Source: Candidatus Omnitrophota bacterium (lineage in GTDB: Bacteria > Omnitrophota > Gorgyraeia > Gygaellales > Profunditerraquicolaceae). From it: a stretch of DNA of 64,000 nt. Location of the stretch: contig JBAZNT010000001.1 in assembly GCA_041649115.1 (NCBI GenBank), positions 76,325-140,324 of the forward strand, read 5' to 3'. The notes below the pieces were generated by a model. The model saw nothing but the letters and a program-made list of their open reading frames with translations, did not search any database and was not told where the DNA came from. Position numbers and translations under genes: made by a program. Shown piece after piece: positions 1 through 9,259 of the stretch; position 1 is the stretch's first letter, and every line of letters begins with the position of its first letter.

Positions 1-272
1 AGTCTCTCCTGGTGACCCTCGGCGAGCAGGGGATGCAGCTTTTTGAGAAAGGCGGACGCACCGCCGAGATACCCACCGTCGCCCAGGAGGTCTTTGATGT
101 CTCTGGCGCAGGTGATACGGTCATTTCCTGTTTTACGCTGGCGCTTGCATCAGGGGCATCAAAGCCGGAGGCAGCCTTGATAGCTAATTTTGCCGCCGGC
201 ATAGTGGTAAGCAAGCTCGGCACTGCAGTGACCGACAGAAGAGAATTGCTGGCTAAGATACAGTCGGTTTAA
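1..272 (+). CDS. rfaE: PfkB-family sugar kinase, C-terminal fragment; best match is D-glycero-beta-D-manno-heptose-7-phosphate kinase (RfaE/HldE domain I). The 5' end lies outside the window.
   Basis: The frame is open to the window edge (..SLLVTLGEQGM..). It has the PfkB C-terminal motif DVSGAGDTVISCFTLALASG followed by ANFAAGIVVSKLGT. It lies directly upstream of Kdo/LPS genes. Confidence 0.7.
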   Translation, partial: SLLVTLGEQGMQLFEKGGRTAEIPTVAQEVFDVSGAGDTVISCFTLALASGASKPEAALIANFAAGIVVSKLGTAVTDRRELLAKIQSV

Positions 273-283
273 AATCTAAGACA

Positions 284-1027
284 ATGAATGTTATCGGAGT
301 AATACCGGCAAGATATTCGTCAACCAGGTTTAACGGTAAGGTCCTGGCAGACCTTTGCGGGAAACCTCTCCTGCAGCATGTCTGGGAGCGGGCAAAGGAG
401 GCCAGGCTTCTGGACGAACTCATGATTGCCTGTGATGACGAGAGGGTATTTCAGGCAGCCTCCGGGTTCGGGGCCAAGACTGTCATGACCGCCAAGGCCC
501 ACGCTTGCGGCACGGACAGGATCTCGGAGGTGGTAAACCCCCTGGATGTCAGGATAGTGATTAATATCCAGGCGGATGAGCCGCTTATTCATCCGACGAT
601 GATAGACGCCTTAGCCCAGACGCTCCTGGATGACGGTTCCCTGTCCATGGCGACCCTGATGCATAAAATAGACGATACCGCCCTTATCCATGACCCGCAT
701 GTCGTGAAGGTGACGGTAGACAAGAACGGCTTCGCGTTATATTTTTCCCGCGCCCCCATCCCTTTCTGCGCTCCTAACTCTGAGGTCGGGACGCCGGATT
801 ATTATAAGCACATCGGATTATACGCTTATACCAAGGATTTCCTTTTTGTTTATAAAAACCTCCCCGTCTCAAGGCTGGAGCAGATTGAGAGGCTTGAGCA
901 GTTGAGGGTGCTCCAGGAGGGCTACCGCATCAAGGTTATTGAGACCAAGCACGATACCATCGGGGTCGATACTCCCGAGGACCTTGAGAAAGTAAGACAG
1001 TATCTGGAGAACAGGAAGGGGCAGTGA
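284..1027 (+). CDS. kdsB: 3-deoxy-manno-octulosonate cytidylyltransferase (CMP-Kdo synthetase)
   Basis: 247 aa. N-terminus VIGVIPARYSSTRFNGKVLADLCGKPLLQHV and IQADEPLI are typical of KdsB. It sits in a kds operon context. Confidence 0.95.
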   Translation: MNVIGVIPARYSSTRFNGKVLADLCGKPLLQHVWERAKEARLLDELMIACDDERVFQAASGFGAKTVMTAKAHACGTDRISEVVNPLDVRIVINIQADEPLIHPTMIDALAQTLLDDGSLSMATLMHKIDDTALIHDPHVVKVTVDKNGFALYFSRAPIPFCAPNSEVGTPDYYKHIGLYAYTKDFLFVYKNLPVSRLEQIERLEQLRVLQEGYRIKVIETKHDTIGVDTPEDLEKVRQYLENRKGQ

Positions 1028-1028
1028 T

Positions 1029-1847
1029 ATGCGCACGGTAAAAATAGGAAATATCAGAATCGGCAGGGGCAGCCCCCTGGTTTTAATTGCCGGTCCCTGC
1101 GTATTAGAGTCGGAACGCATGGCAATAGAGGCAGCCCGCAAGCTTAAAGACATCACCCGCAGGCTAAATATCCCCTATATTTTTAAATCCAGTTTTGATA
1201 AAGCCAACCGTCTATCGGTAGGTTCTTACCGCGGGCCGGGGATTAAAAAGGGGCTCCAGATACTCGCCAAGGTAAAGGAGAAGATACGCGTTCCCATTTT
1301 AAGCGATATCCATTGCCAGAAAGAGATAAAGGAAGCGGCCGAGGTTTTAGACATCATTCAGATACCGGCCTTCCTTTGCCGTCAAACCGATATCGTGCTG
1401 GCGGCAGCAATGACCCGCAAGGTAATCAATATTAAAAAGGGGCAGTTTCTGGCGCCTTGGGATATTATACCGATTGTGCGCAAGATCGAGTCTACCGGCA
1501 ACCGCAGGATAATCATCACCGAGCGCGGGGTATCCTTTGGCTACAACAATCTTGTTTCGGATCTGAGGGCCTTGAAGATTGTCAGGGATTCCGGGTATCC
1601 GGTCATCTATGATGCTACGCATAGCGTGCAGCTGCCGGGAGGCAAAGGCGATTGCTCCAGCGGACAGCGCGAGTTCGTAGGCCCGCTTTCCCGTGCCGCA
1701 GTGGCCTTTGGCTGCGACGGCCTCTTCCTTGAGGCCCACCCTGACCCGGACAACGCTCCCTGCGACGGTCCGAACATGATAGCGCTCTCAGACGTGGAGA
1801 AATTATTGAAAGAGATCAAAATGATAGAAGGTGTGCTATGGCGATAA
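1029..1847 (+). CDS. kdsA: 2-dehydro-3-deoxyphosphooctonate aldolase (Kdo-8-phosphate synthase)
   Basis: 272 aa. FKSSFDKANRLS, IPAFLCRQTD and YDATHSVQLPGG are KdsA hallmarks. Confidence 0.95.
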   Translation: MRTVKIGNIRIGRGSPLVLIAGPCVLESERMAIEAARKLKDITRRLNIPYIFKSSFDKANRLSVGSYRGPGIKKGLQILAKVKEKIRVPILSDIHCQKEIKEAAEVLDIIQIPAFLCRQTDIVLAAAMTRKVINIKKGQFLAPWDIIPIVRKIESTGNRRIIITERGVSFGYNNLVSDLRALKIVRDSGYPVIYDATHSVQLPGGKGDCSSGQREFVGPLSRAAVAFGCDGLFLEAHPDPDNAPCDGPNMIALSDVEKLLKEIKMIEGVLWR

Positions 1848-2806
1848 ACGTATTAAAACGCGCTAGAGAGGTTTTTAATATCGAGGCAAAGGCGATCAGC
1901 GACCTGAAGAACAAGATTAACCGCGATTTCCAAAAGGCGGTGCAGATTATGCTTAATACCAGGGGCAGGGTGGTGGTTAGCGGAATGGGTAAGGCCGGCA
2001 TTATTGCCCAGAAGTTTTCCGCGACCCTTTCTTCTACCGGCACCCCGAGCCTGTTCCTGCATTCCGCCGAGGCTATCCATGGCGACCTCGGCCGCGTGGT
2101 TTCGGATGATACCGTAGTTATACTTTCTAACAGCGGGGAAACGGATGAAGTTAAAAAATTTCTCCCGCTTCTCAAAAAGATAGGCGTACCCATCATCGCC
2201 ATTACCGGCAATACCCGCTCGATACTGGCGCGTTACAGCGATGTAGTTTTAGACAGCGCGGTGGAAAAAGAGGCCTGCCCGCTAGGCCTGGCTCCTACCG
2301 CCTCAACTACTGCGATGCTGGCGATGGCCGATGCCTTGGCAGTATGCCTGCTGGAATTGAAAGGTTTTAAAGAAAAGGACTTCGCTTTTTACCACCCCGG
2401 AGGATTGCTTGGCCGGAGGCTTCTTTTGAAGGTAGGAGACATTATGCGTACCGGTAGCTCCCACGCCGTAGTAGCCGATGATAAGAAGGTTTCCGAGGTC
2501 CTGTTTAAAATAACACATTCCCGCGCCGGAAGCGCTACGGTAGTAGGCAAAAATGGGAAGCTGGTCGGCATCTTTACGGACGGCGACCTGCGCAGGCACC
2601 TGGAGAGCGACCCTGACCTTACCAGACGCAGGGTCAGGGACGTAATGACCAGGGGCCCCATCTCGGTAAAGGCAGGGATGCTGGCGGCAGAGGCAATGCG
2701 CATCCTTGAGGGTAAGAATATTGACGAGGTTCCGGTAATCGACGATAAAGGCAGGCCCGTCGGATTGCTGGACGTGCAGGATTTATTAAAGGCAGGGTTG
2801 GTTTAG
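1838..2806 (+). CDS. kdsD: Arabinose-5-phosphate isomerase (SIS domain plus CBS pair)
   Basis: 322 aa. SIS motif VVVSGMGKAGIIAQKFSATLSSTGTPS, and a C-terminal tandem CBS region (VVGKNGKLVGIFTDGDLRR). Confidence 0.9.
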   Translation: MAINVLKRAREVFNIEAKAISDLKNKINRDFQKAVQIMLNTRGRVVVSGMGKAGIIAQKFSATLSSTGTPSLFLHSAEAIHGDLGRVVSDDTVVILSNSGETDEVKKFLPLLKKIGVPIIAITGNTRSILARYSDVVLDSAVEKEACPLGLAPTASTTAMLAMADALAVCLLELKGFKEKDFAFYHPGGLLGRRLLLKVGDIMRTGSSHAVVADDKKVSEVLFKITHSRAGSATVVGKNGKLVGIFTDGDLRRHLESDPDLTRRRVRDVMTRGPISVKAGMLAAEAMRILEGKNIDEVPVIDDKGRPVGLLDVQDLLKAGLV

Positions 2807-3352
2807 ATGAACGAAGCAAATGCGCTTGATGCCGCTATCGCGGCAAAGGCCGGGAAGGTAAAGCTTCTTCTCCTTGACGTGGACGGCGTTTTAACCGACG
2901 GCCGCATCGTCTATGATTCCAAGGGCCGCGATTCAAAATTTTTCGATGTCCACGACGGGATGGGGGTTTACCTTTTACGCCGCGCCGGCATCCCGACGGT
3001 ACTGGTTACCGCCAAGAGCTCCAAGGCGATCCTGCCGCGGGCCCGCGACATGCGGATCGCCAAGGTTTATGCCGAACTGCCCAGCAAAAGCAGGGTCCTT
3101 GAAAAGATCAAGAAGAAATACAACGTGGATCCGGAAGAAATATGTTTTGTGGGCGATGACCTGGTGGACCTTTGCCTGATGAATAAAGTGGGCTTGGCGA
3201 TAGCGGTATTCAATGCCTGCCCCGAGATAAAACAGGCGGCCGCATACATTACCATCAGGCACGGAGGCAGGGGCGCGGTACGCGAGGTCAGCGAGTTAAT
3301 CCTCAAATCCAAGGGCAGATGGAAAGAAATGGTCCGTCTCTATGATATCTAA
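2807..3352 (+). CDS. kdsC: Kdo-8-phosphate phosphatase (HAD superfamily, KdsC type)
   Basis: 181 aa. HAD motif I LLLLDVDGVLTDG, and FVGDDLVDL. It follows kdsD. Confidence 0.85.
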   Translation: MNEANALDAAIAAKAGKVKLLLLDVDGVLTDGRIVYDSKGRDSKFFDVHDGMGVYLLRRAGIPTVLVTAKSSKAILPRARDMRIAKVYAELPSKSRVLEKIKKKYNVDPEEICFVGDDLVDLCLMNKVGLAIAVFNACPEIKQAAAYITIRHGGRGAVREVSELILKSKGRWKEMVRLYDI

Positions 3353-4268
3353 AAGCCTGATATGGATATCGGCATTCTTTTTATCGTGCGGCGCGCCTTT
3401 ATACGCGCTGGATAGCGGGGCGCTTGAATCGGCCCAGCAGATTAATGAATTCTCGCTGGCAGGTTACGGCGAGAAGGGCAAGAAGACCTGGGACTTAAGC
3501 GCTCATTCCGCAGATATCTTTGATAATATCGTAAAGCTCAAAGAAATAACCGGCAATCTCTACGGCGAGCAAGAGGATATTGCCCTCAGCGCCAGGAAAG
3601 GGGATTTCGATAAGGTAAATTCCCGGGTTCATCTGGAGGAAAAGGTAGTTATTACCAGTTCCGGAGGGGCGCGGCTGACGACCGACAGCCTGGATTGGGA
3701 CCGCAAGGAACATATCGTTTCTACCGATGAGCTCGTAAGCATCGAAAAAGGCAATATGGTTACCAGCGGCCGCGGCGCAAGAGGCAATACAGATCTCAGG
3801 CGCGTCGACCTTAAGAAAGACGCCAAGGTAGAGATAACTCAAGATAAAACCGATGCAGTAGCTAAAAATTCCGGCGGCGAAAAAATGACCATCACCTGTG
3901 ACGGAGCGTTACAGATAGATTACGAAAAAAATGTTGCAGTGTTCAATAAAAATGTTAAAGTAGTGAGGCAGGATTTGGAGATTGACAGCGACACGATGGA
4001 GGTTTATTTCATACCTTCCAGCAAGGTTGCTAAAGGCGGCTCGTCCGTTCCGCAAGAGAAAGCGTCCGGCGATATGACTGCCGCGGCAATGGGCAACAGC
4101 ATAGACAGGATTGTCGCGCGCGGCAACGTCAGGATAATGCGGGGGGAGAACGTTTCTTATAGCGATGAAGCAATGTATAAAAGCCTGGATAAGAAGATTA
4201 CGCTTTTAGGCAGTCCTAGGCTCATAATCTATTCGGCGGAGGAGTTTAATGCACCTGCTGGAAATTAA
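3342..4268 (+). CDS. Periplasmic LPS-transport protein with LptC-like and LptA/OstA-like halves (apparent fusion)
   Basis: 308 aa with an N-terminal hydrophobic anchor or signal. The middle resembles LptC and the C-terminal half resembles OstA-N ([30 protein letters not shown]). It lies immediately upstream of, and overlaps, lptB. Confidence 0.6.
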   Translation: MISKSLIWISAFFLSCGAPLYALDSGALESAQQINEFSLAGYGEKGKKTWDLSAHSADIFDNIVKLKEITGNLYGEQEDIALSARKGDFDKVNSRVHLEEKVVITSSGGARLTTDSLDWDRKEHIVSTDELVSIEKGNMVTSGRGARGNTDLRRVDLKKDAKVEITQDKTDAVAKNSGGEKMTITCDGALQIDYEKNVAVFNKNVKVVRQDLEIDSDTMEVYFIPSSKVAKGGSSVPQEKASGDMTAAAMGNSIDRIVARGNVRIMRGENVSYSDEAMYKSLDKKITLLGSPRLIIYSAEEFNAPAGN

Positions 4269-4971
4269 GGCTATTGCCAAATCCTACGACGGCAGGCAGG
4301 TCGTTAAGGGCATAGATATTTTGGTTAAGCGCGGGGAAATCGTAGGTCTCCTCGGACCTAACGGCGCAGGCAAGACCACCACTTTCTATATGGTGGTCGG
4401 GATTGTTCCGCCGGATAGCGGCAAGATCGTTTTTGACAACCAGGATATCACGAGGCTGCCTATACACGAGCGTGCCCGTTACGGCATCGGTTACCTATCC
4501 CAGGAACCCTCGATCTTCAGGAAGTTGAGCGTCCGGGATAATATCATGGCAATCCTGGAGACCCTTCCGATAACCAGGCACGAAAGGGACCAGAGGCTGG
4601 GGGAGCTTCTTAAAGAGCTCAACATATCGCATCTGGCGAAGAACAAGGCTTATACCTTGTCCGGCGGAGAGAGGAGGCGCCTGGAGATTACCAGGGCGCT
4701 GGTGACTAATCCGTCTTTTATATTGCTGGATGAGCCATTTTCGGGCATTGACCCTATCGTAGTCAGCGAGGCCCAGGAGATTATCAAGGAACTCCGGACC
4801 AAGGGGCTGGGGATCTTGCTGACAGACCACAATGTGCGCGAGACCCTTTCTATCACCGACAGGGCATACCTGATAGCCGACGGGAAGATTCTTATTTCCG
4901 GCACTGCCCAGGATTTGATTGCCGACCCCAAGGCGCGCGAGTTGTATCTCGGAGAGAAGTTCAGCATGTAA
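4249..4971 (+). CDS. lptB: LPS export ABC transporter ATP-binding protein
   Basis: 240 aa. Walker [13 protein letters not shown] signature [11 protein letters not shown], Walker [13 protein letters not shown], and the LptB-type C-terminus ..[10 protein letters not shown]. Confidence 0.93.
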   Translation: MHLLEIKAIAKSYDGRQVVKGIDILVKRGEIVGLLGPNGAGKTTTFYMVVGIVPPDSGKIVFDNQDITRLPIHERARYGIGYLSQEPSIFRKLSVRDNIMAILETLPITRHERDQRLGELLKELNISHLAKNKAYTLSGGERRRLEITRALVTNPSFILLDEPFSGIDPIVVSEAQEIIKELRTKGLGILLTDHNVRETLSITDRAYLIADGKILISGTAQDLIADPKARELYLGEKFSM

Positions 4972-4988
4972 GGAAAGGCATCTAAGAC

Positions 4989-5867
4989 ATGAAGACGGAA
5001 ATCAAAAAAATCGACGGAACCAAAAGAGAACTGCACATCGAGGTGGAGGGAGACATCGTCAATAATAAATTCGATGACGTCTTTAAGAGGATAGGGCAGG
5101 AGGCCAAGGTCGCGGGTTTCAGGCCAGGACATGTCCCCCGCGACGTACTCGAGAAGCATTATTCCTCCCAGGCTCATGAGCAGGTGCTTAAAGAGCTCAT
5201 CCCGGATGTCTATAACCAGGCAATAGAGAAGGAGGGGCTTGATGTAATCGAGTTGCCGAATATCTATGACGTTAAACTCAGCCGCAGCAATCTCGTTTTT
5301 AAGGCGGCGGTAGAGGTTACCCCGGATGTAAAACTCGGTAATTATAAAGGCATAAAGGTCGAATATAAAAATATTGAGGTTACGCCGGAAGAGGTAAAGC
5401 GCCGCATTGATTCCTTGAGGGAGTCGCGCAAGGCGCAAGAGGCCGATGATAATTTTGCCAGGGGCCTGGGGTATCCGGGAATGGTAGAGCTTGAGAAGGC
5501 AATAACCCAGCAGGTCTTCCTGGAGAAAGAAGGTCAGCAGCGCCACAAGATAGAGGAGACGTTAATTGAGACCCTGAGAAAACAGTCGGATTTCAAGCTT
5601 CCGGAGTCCATGGTGAACAGGCAGTTGGCGGACCTCCTGCGCAGGGCAAAGCTGGACCTGGCATTAAAGGGAATTGCGAGAGACAAGATTGACGGGAGCG
5701 AAGGGGAATTGAGGAAAGAATTGGAGCCGCAGGCGCATTCGCAGGTCAGGACTTATCTTGTCCTGGCAGCGGTGGCGCGCAAGGAAAATATCCCGCTGGA
5801 CGATGGGATGCCGGCGAAGGTCTTGGAATTCCTCTTAAAGGAGGCTAATTGGCAGCAGCTAAAATAA
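4989..5867 (+). CDS. tig: Trigger factor, short form lacking the FKBP-type PPIase domain
   Basis: 292 aa. The N-terminal ribosome-binding signature GFRPGHVP is present. By hand alignment to E. coli TF, the N-domain joins directly to the C-terminal arm region. It lies upstream of clpP. Confidence 0.85.
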   Translation: MKTEIKKIDGTKRELHIEVEGDIVNNKFDDVFKRIGQEAKVAGFRPGHVPRDVLEKHYSSQAHEQVLKELIPDVYNQAIEKEGLDVIELPNIYDVKLSRSNLVFKAAVEVTPDVKLGNYKGIKVEYKNIEVTPEEVKRRIDSLRESRKAQEADDNFARGLGYPGMVELEKAITQQVFLEKEGQQRHKIEETLIETLRKQSDFKLPESMVNRQLADLLRRAKLDLALKGIARDKIDGSEGELRKELEPQAHSQVRTYLVLAAVARKENIPLDDGMPAKVLEFLLKEANWQQLK

Positions 5868-5878
5868 GGGAGGCAGAT

Positions 5879-6487
5879 ATGAGCATAAAGATGCAGACTT
5901 TGGTCCCTATGGTGATTGAACAGAACCCCCGCGGCTACGAGCGCGCTTACGATATCTACTCCCGGCTTTTAAAGGACCGCATTGTTTTTATCGGCACCCC
6001 GATTGACGATACAGTCGCCAATCTTATCATCGCCCAGATGCTCTTCCTGCAGATGGAGGATTCCAACAAAGAAATCAATGTTTACATCAATTCCCCCGGG
6101 GGCTCGGTGACCGCAGGCCTGGCGATATACGATACCATGCAGTTCGTAAAGTGCGAGGTGGCCACTTACTGCGTCGGTCAAGCCAGCAGCATGGGGGCAT
6201 TGCTGCTTTGCGCCGGGGCAAAGGGCAAGCGTTCTGTGCTGCCGAATTCGCGCATTATGATCCATCAGCCGTGGGGAGGCATCGAAGGAGCTGCAGAGGA
6301 TATCTCGCGCCACGCAAAGGAGATACTGAAGATGCGCGACCGCATAAACGAAATCCTCTCCAGGCATACCGGCCAGCCGCTGGATAAGGTCCAGAAGGAT
6401 ACCGACCGCGATTACTTCATGTCTGCCGAAGAGGCCAGGAATTACGGATTAGTAGATGAGGTTATCATCAGCCAGAAGACAAAATAA
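5879..6487 (+). CDS. clpP: ATP-dependent Clp protease proteolytic subunit
   Basis: Catalytic-context motifs [11 protein letters not shown] and MIHQP. I chose the ATG at 5879 (RBS AAGGGAGG at 5866-5873) rather than the track's TTG at 5849. Confidence 0.95.
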   Translation: MSIKMQTLVPMVIEQNPRGYERAYDIYSRLLKDRIVFIGTPIDDTVANLIIAQMLFLQMEDSNKEINVYINSPGGSVTAGLAIYDTMQFVKCEVATYCVGQASSMGALLLCAGAKGKRSVLPNSRIMIHQPWGGIEGAAEDISRHAKEILKMRDRINEILSRHTGQPLDKVQKDTDRDYFMSAEEARNYGLVDEVIISQKTK

Positions 6488-6503
6488 GAGGAGATAGCGT
6501 AAA

Positions 6504-7640
6504 ATGAGAAAGAGATACCTGCTTACCCCCGGGCCTACCCCTTTGCCGTATGAAGTTTCCGAGGCCCAGGCCCGCCCGATAATACATCACCGCACCCCGC
6601 AGTTTCAGGCTTTCCTTAAAGAGGCGAGCGAAGGGTTAAAATACTTATTCCAGACGCAAGGCGAGGTTTTTATCCTTGCTTCTTCCGGGACCGGGGCAAT
6701 GGAAGCGGCAGTAGTCAATATTTTGTCTCCCGGCGATATCGCCTTGACGGTCGAGGGAGGAAAGTTCGGGGAGAGATGGACCGAGATCTGTTCCTCCTAC
6801 GGGATTGAGGCTGAGGTGCTCAAGGTGGAATGGGGGAGAGCGGTTGACCCTAAGGAAATTGCCAGGCGCCTGGCAGCTAATCCCAAAATCAAGGCAGTCT
6901 TTACTACCCTTTGCGAGACCTCTACCGGCGTGACAAACGATATTGAGGCCATAGGCAAGGTAGTCAGGGATACCAGCGCCGTTTTGGTGGTAGATGCAAT
7001 TTCCGGACTGGGCGCAGTGGATTTCAAGACCGATGCCTGGGGTGTTGATATCTGCGTCTCCGGCTCCCAAAAAGGATTGATGTTGCCTCCGGGGTTGGGC
7101 TTTATTTCGGTCAGCACCAAGGCCTGGAAGAAGATAGAGGAGTCCAAGGCCCCAAGGTATTACTTTGACCTGAAGTCATGCCGTAAGGCGATGGAGAAAA
7201 ACGATACGCCTTTTACCCCCGCCATTTCTTTGATTATCGCTCTCAATGAAAGCCTGCGCATTATCCGCCAGGACGGCCTGGATAAGGTTTTTGCGCGGCA
7301 CAGGAAGATGGCAGATGCTACGCGCTCGGCAGTCAAGGCCTTAGGGCTGGAATTGTTCGCGCTTACCGCAGCCTCGGATGCCGTGACCGCAGTAAAGGTC
7401 CCTGCCGGTATTGACGGGGAAAAGCTTGTCAAGACGATGCGCGATACCTACGGCGTTACCATCGCCGGAGGACAGTCGGAATTGAAAGGGAAGGTTTTTC
7501 GCATTGCCCACATGGGCTATATCGAGGAGTTTGATATCATCGTAGGCATCTCATGCCTTGAGAAGGTCTTGCGCCAGATGGGGTATAAATTCCAGCTCGG
7601 CTCAGGGGTAGGGGCTGCAGAGGAGATATTCTTAAGCTAA
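6504..7640 (+). CDS. Class-V (AGXT/SerC-like) pyridoxal-phosphate aminotransferase; probably the phosphoserine aminotransferase partner of serA
   Basis: 378 aa. It starts LLTPGPTPLP and contains SGSQKGLMLPPGLG, which carries the PLP lysine context. It lies directly upstream of serA. Confidence 0.75.
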   Translation: MRKRYLLTPGPTPLPYEVSEAQARPIIHHRTPQFQAFLKEASEGLKYLFQTQGEVFILASSGTGAMEAAVVNILSPGDIALTVEGGKFGERWTEICSSYGIEAEVLKVEWGRAVDPKEIARRLAANPKIKAVFTTLCETSTGVTNDIEAIGKVVRDTSAVLVVDAISGLGAVDFKTDAWGVDICVSGSQKGLMLPPGLGFISVSTKAWKKIEESKAPRYYFDLKSCRKAMEKNDTPFTPAISLIIALNESLRIIRQDGLDKVFARHRKMADATRSAVKALGLELFALTAASDAVTAVKVPAGIDGEKLVKTMRDTYGVTIAGGQSELKGKVFRIAHMGYIEEFDIIVGISCLEKVLRQMGYKFQLGSGVGAAEEIFLS

Positions 7641-7652
7641 GCGGAGGATTTA

Positions 7653-9239
7653 ATGTATAGGATACTTGTAAGCGACCCCCTTTCCGATAAGGGGTTGAAG
7701 ATTTTAAGAGAAGCCAAGGAATTAGAGGTAGACGTCAAGACCGACCTGAAACCCGAGGCCCTCAAGGGCATCATCAAGGATTACGACGCCTTGATTGTGC
7801 GCAGCGCCACCAAGGTCACGAGTGATATTGTCGAGGCCGCCGCAAGATTAAAGGTTATCGGCCGGGCAGGCGTCGGGTTGGATAATGTTGACCTTGAGGC
7901 AGCGACCCAGAAGGGGATTATCGTAATGAATACCCCGGCGGGCAATACCGTTTCTACCGCCGAACATACCTTTAGCATGATACTTGCGCTATCCAGGAAT
8001 ATCGCCCAGGCTAGCGCCTCCATCAAAAAAGGGGAGTGGAAGCGTTCCAGATTCATCGGGGTGGAGCTTTACGGCAAGACCCTGGGGGTAGTGGGGCTGG
8101 GGCGTATCGGCAGCGAGGTCGCCAGGCATGCCATTTCTTTTGGGATGAAGGTCCTGGCGTATGACCCCTTTCTTTCGCGCGATGTTGCCAAAGCGATGGG
8201 TATCGAGATAGTGGAGTTGGAGGTTTTATTTAAACGGGCGGATTACATCAGCGTGCACACCCCTCTTACGGCGGAGACCACCCATATCATCTCCGGTAAG
8301 GAGTTTTCCCTGATGAAGAAGGGGGTGCGCATCATTAACTGCGCCAGGGGGGGCATTATTGATGAAGAGGCATTGCTTGCCGCCATCAAAGACGGGAAGG
8401 TTGCGGGTGCGGCGCTGGATGTTTTTGAAAAAGAGCCCCCTTCGGCTGATAGCGAGCTGCTAAAACTCGAGAACGTCGTAGCTACCCCGCACCTGGGGGC
8501 CTCTACCGAAGAGGCGCAGGTGAATGTCGCCGTTGAAGTGGCGGAGATCGTACGCGATGCGTTGCTTGGCTGCGGTATACGCAATGCCGCAAATTACCCC
8601 TGCGTCGACGCCGAGGTGTATAAAGTCCTGGAACCCTATGTTAATCTCTCCGAGAAACTCGGTGTTTTTGCCAGCCAGCTGGCGGAAGGCAGATTCCAGG
8701 AAGTAAATATAAATTATAGCGGCGACATCATCCAGTACGATTTAAGCGCCCTGACTATGGCGCTGGTAAAGGGCCTGCTTTCCCCGATATTGAAGGAGAC
8801 GGTAAATTTTATCAATGCCACCAGCCTGGCCGGCGAGCGCGGTATCCTTATCAAGGAATCCAAGTCTTCCAAGGAGGAGGAATTTGTTACCCTTATAAAG
8901 GTGGAGATAAAAACCGATAAAGGCGCGCGCGTAGTAGCAGGTACCCTCTCTTCCAACAAACAGCCGCGTATCGTCAAGATCGACGATTACTACGTTGAGG
9001 CTACCCCGCAGGGGGATATGCTTCTGCTGCAGAACTGGGACCGTCCCGGTATTATCGGGCATCTGGGCACGCTGATGGGCAAGCACAATATCAATATTGC
9101 CGGCATGACCTTCGGACGCGAGAAGCGCAAGGGTAAGGCCATCAGTCTCCTTAACGTTGACAGCCCGGTTTCGGAAGACCTCATCGCTAAGATTAAAAAG
9201 AACGAAGATATTATTTCGGTAAAAACAATCAAACTTTAA
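7653..9239 (+). CDS. serA: D-3-phosphoglycerate dehydrogenase (long form with a C-terminal ACT domain)
   Basis: 528 aa. NAD-binding motif GVVGLGRIGSEVA; the 2-hydroxyacid dehydrogenase catalytic region ..NCARGGIIDE..TPHLGAST; and a C-terminal ASB/ACT-like region. Confidence 0.93.
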   Translation: MYRILVSDPLSDKGLKILREAKELEVDVKTDLKPEALKGIIKDYDALIVRSATKVTSDIVEAAARLKVIGRAGVGLDNVDLEAATQKGIIVMNTPAGNTVSTAEHTFSMILALSRNIAQASASIKKGEWKRSRFIGVELYGKTLGVVGLGRIGSEVARHAISFGMKVLAYDPFLSRDVAKAMGIEIVELEVLFKRADYISVHTPLTAETTHIISGKEFSLMKKGVRIINCARGGIIDEEALLAAIKDGKVAGAALDVFEKEPPSADSELLKLENVVATPHLGASTEEAQVNVAVEVAEIVRDALLGCGIRNAANYPCVDAEVYKVLEPYVNLSEKLGVFASQLAEGRFQEVNINYSGDIIQYDLSALTMALVKGLLSPILKETVNFINATSLAGERGILIKESKSSKEEEFVTLIKVEIKTDKGARVVAGTLSSNKQPRIVKIDDYYVEATPQGDMLLLQNWDRPGIIGHLGTLMGKHNINIAGMTFGREKRKGKAISLLNVDSPVSEDLIAKIKKNEDIISVKTIKL

Positions 9240-9259
9240 GATTGCAAGGGCCTTAGCAA

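Noticed and set aside
270-4991. The shared 10-mer ATCTAAGACA immediately upstream of both the kdsB and tig start codons
   Set aside because: Exact 10-mer coincidences are expected by the hundreds to thousands among all position pairs in 64 kb. There are only two instances and no flanking similarity.
4650-5546. A 298-aa minus-strand ORF spanning the lptB-tig junction
   Set aside because: It is antisense to two genes with unmistakable homology (LptB Walker and signature motifs; the trigger factor GFRPGHVP motif). Its product has no recognisable motif, and it crosses an intergenic gap. It is a typical shadow ORF.
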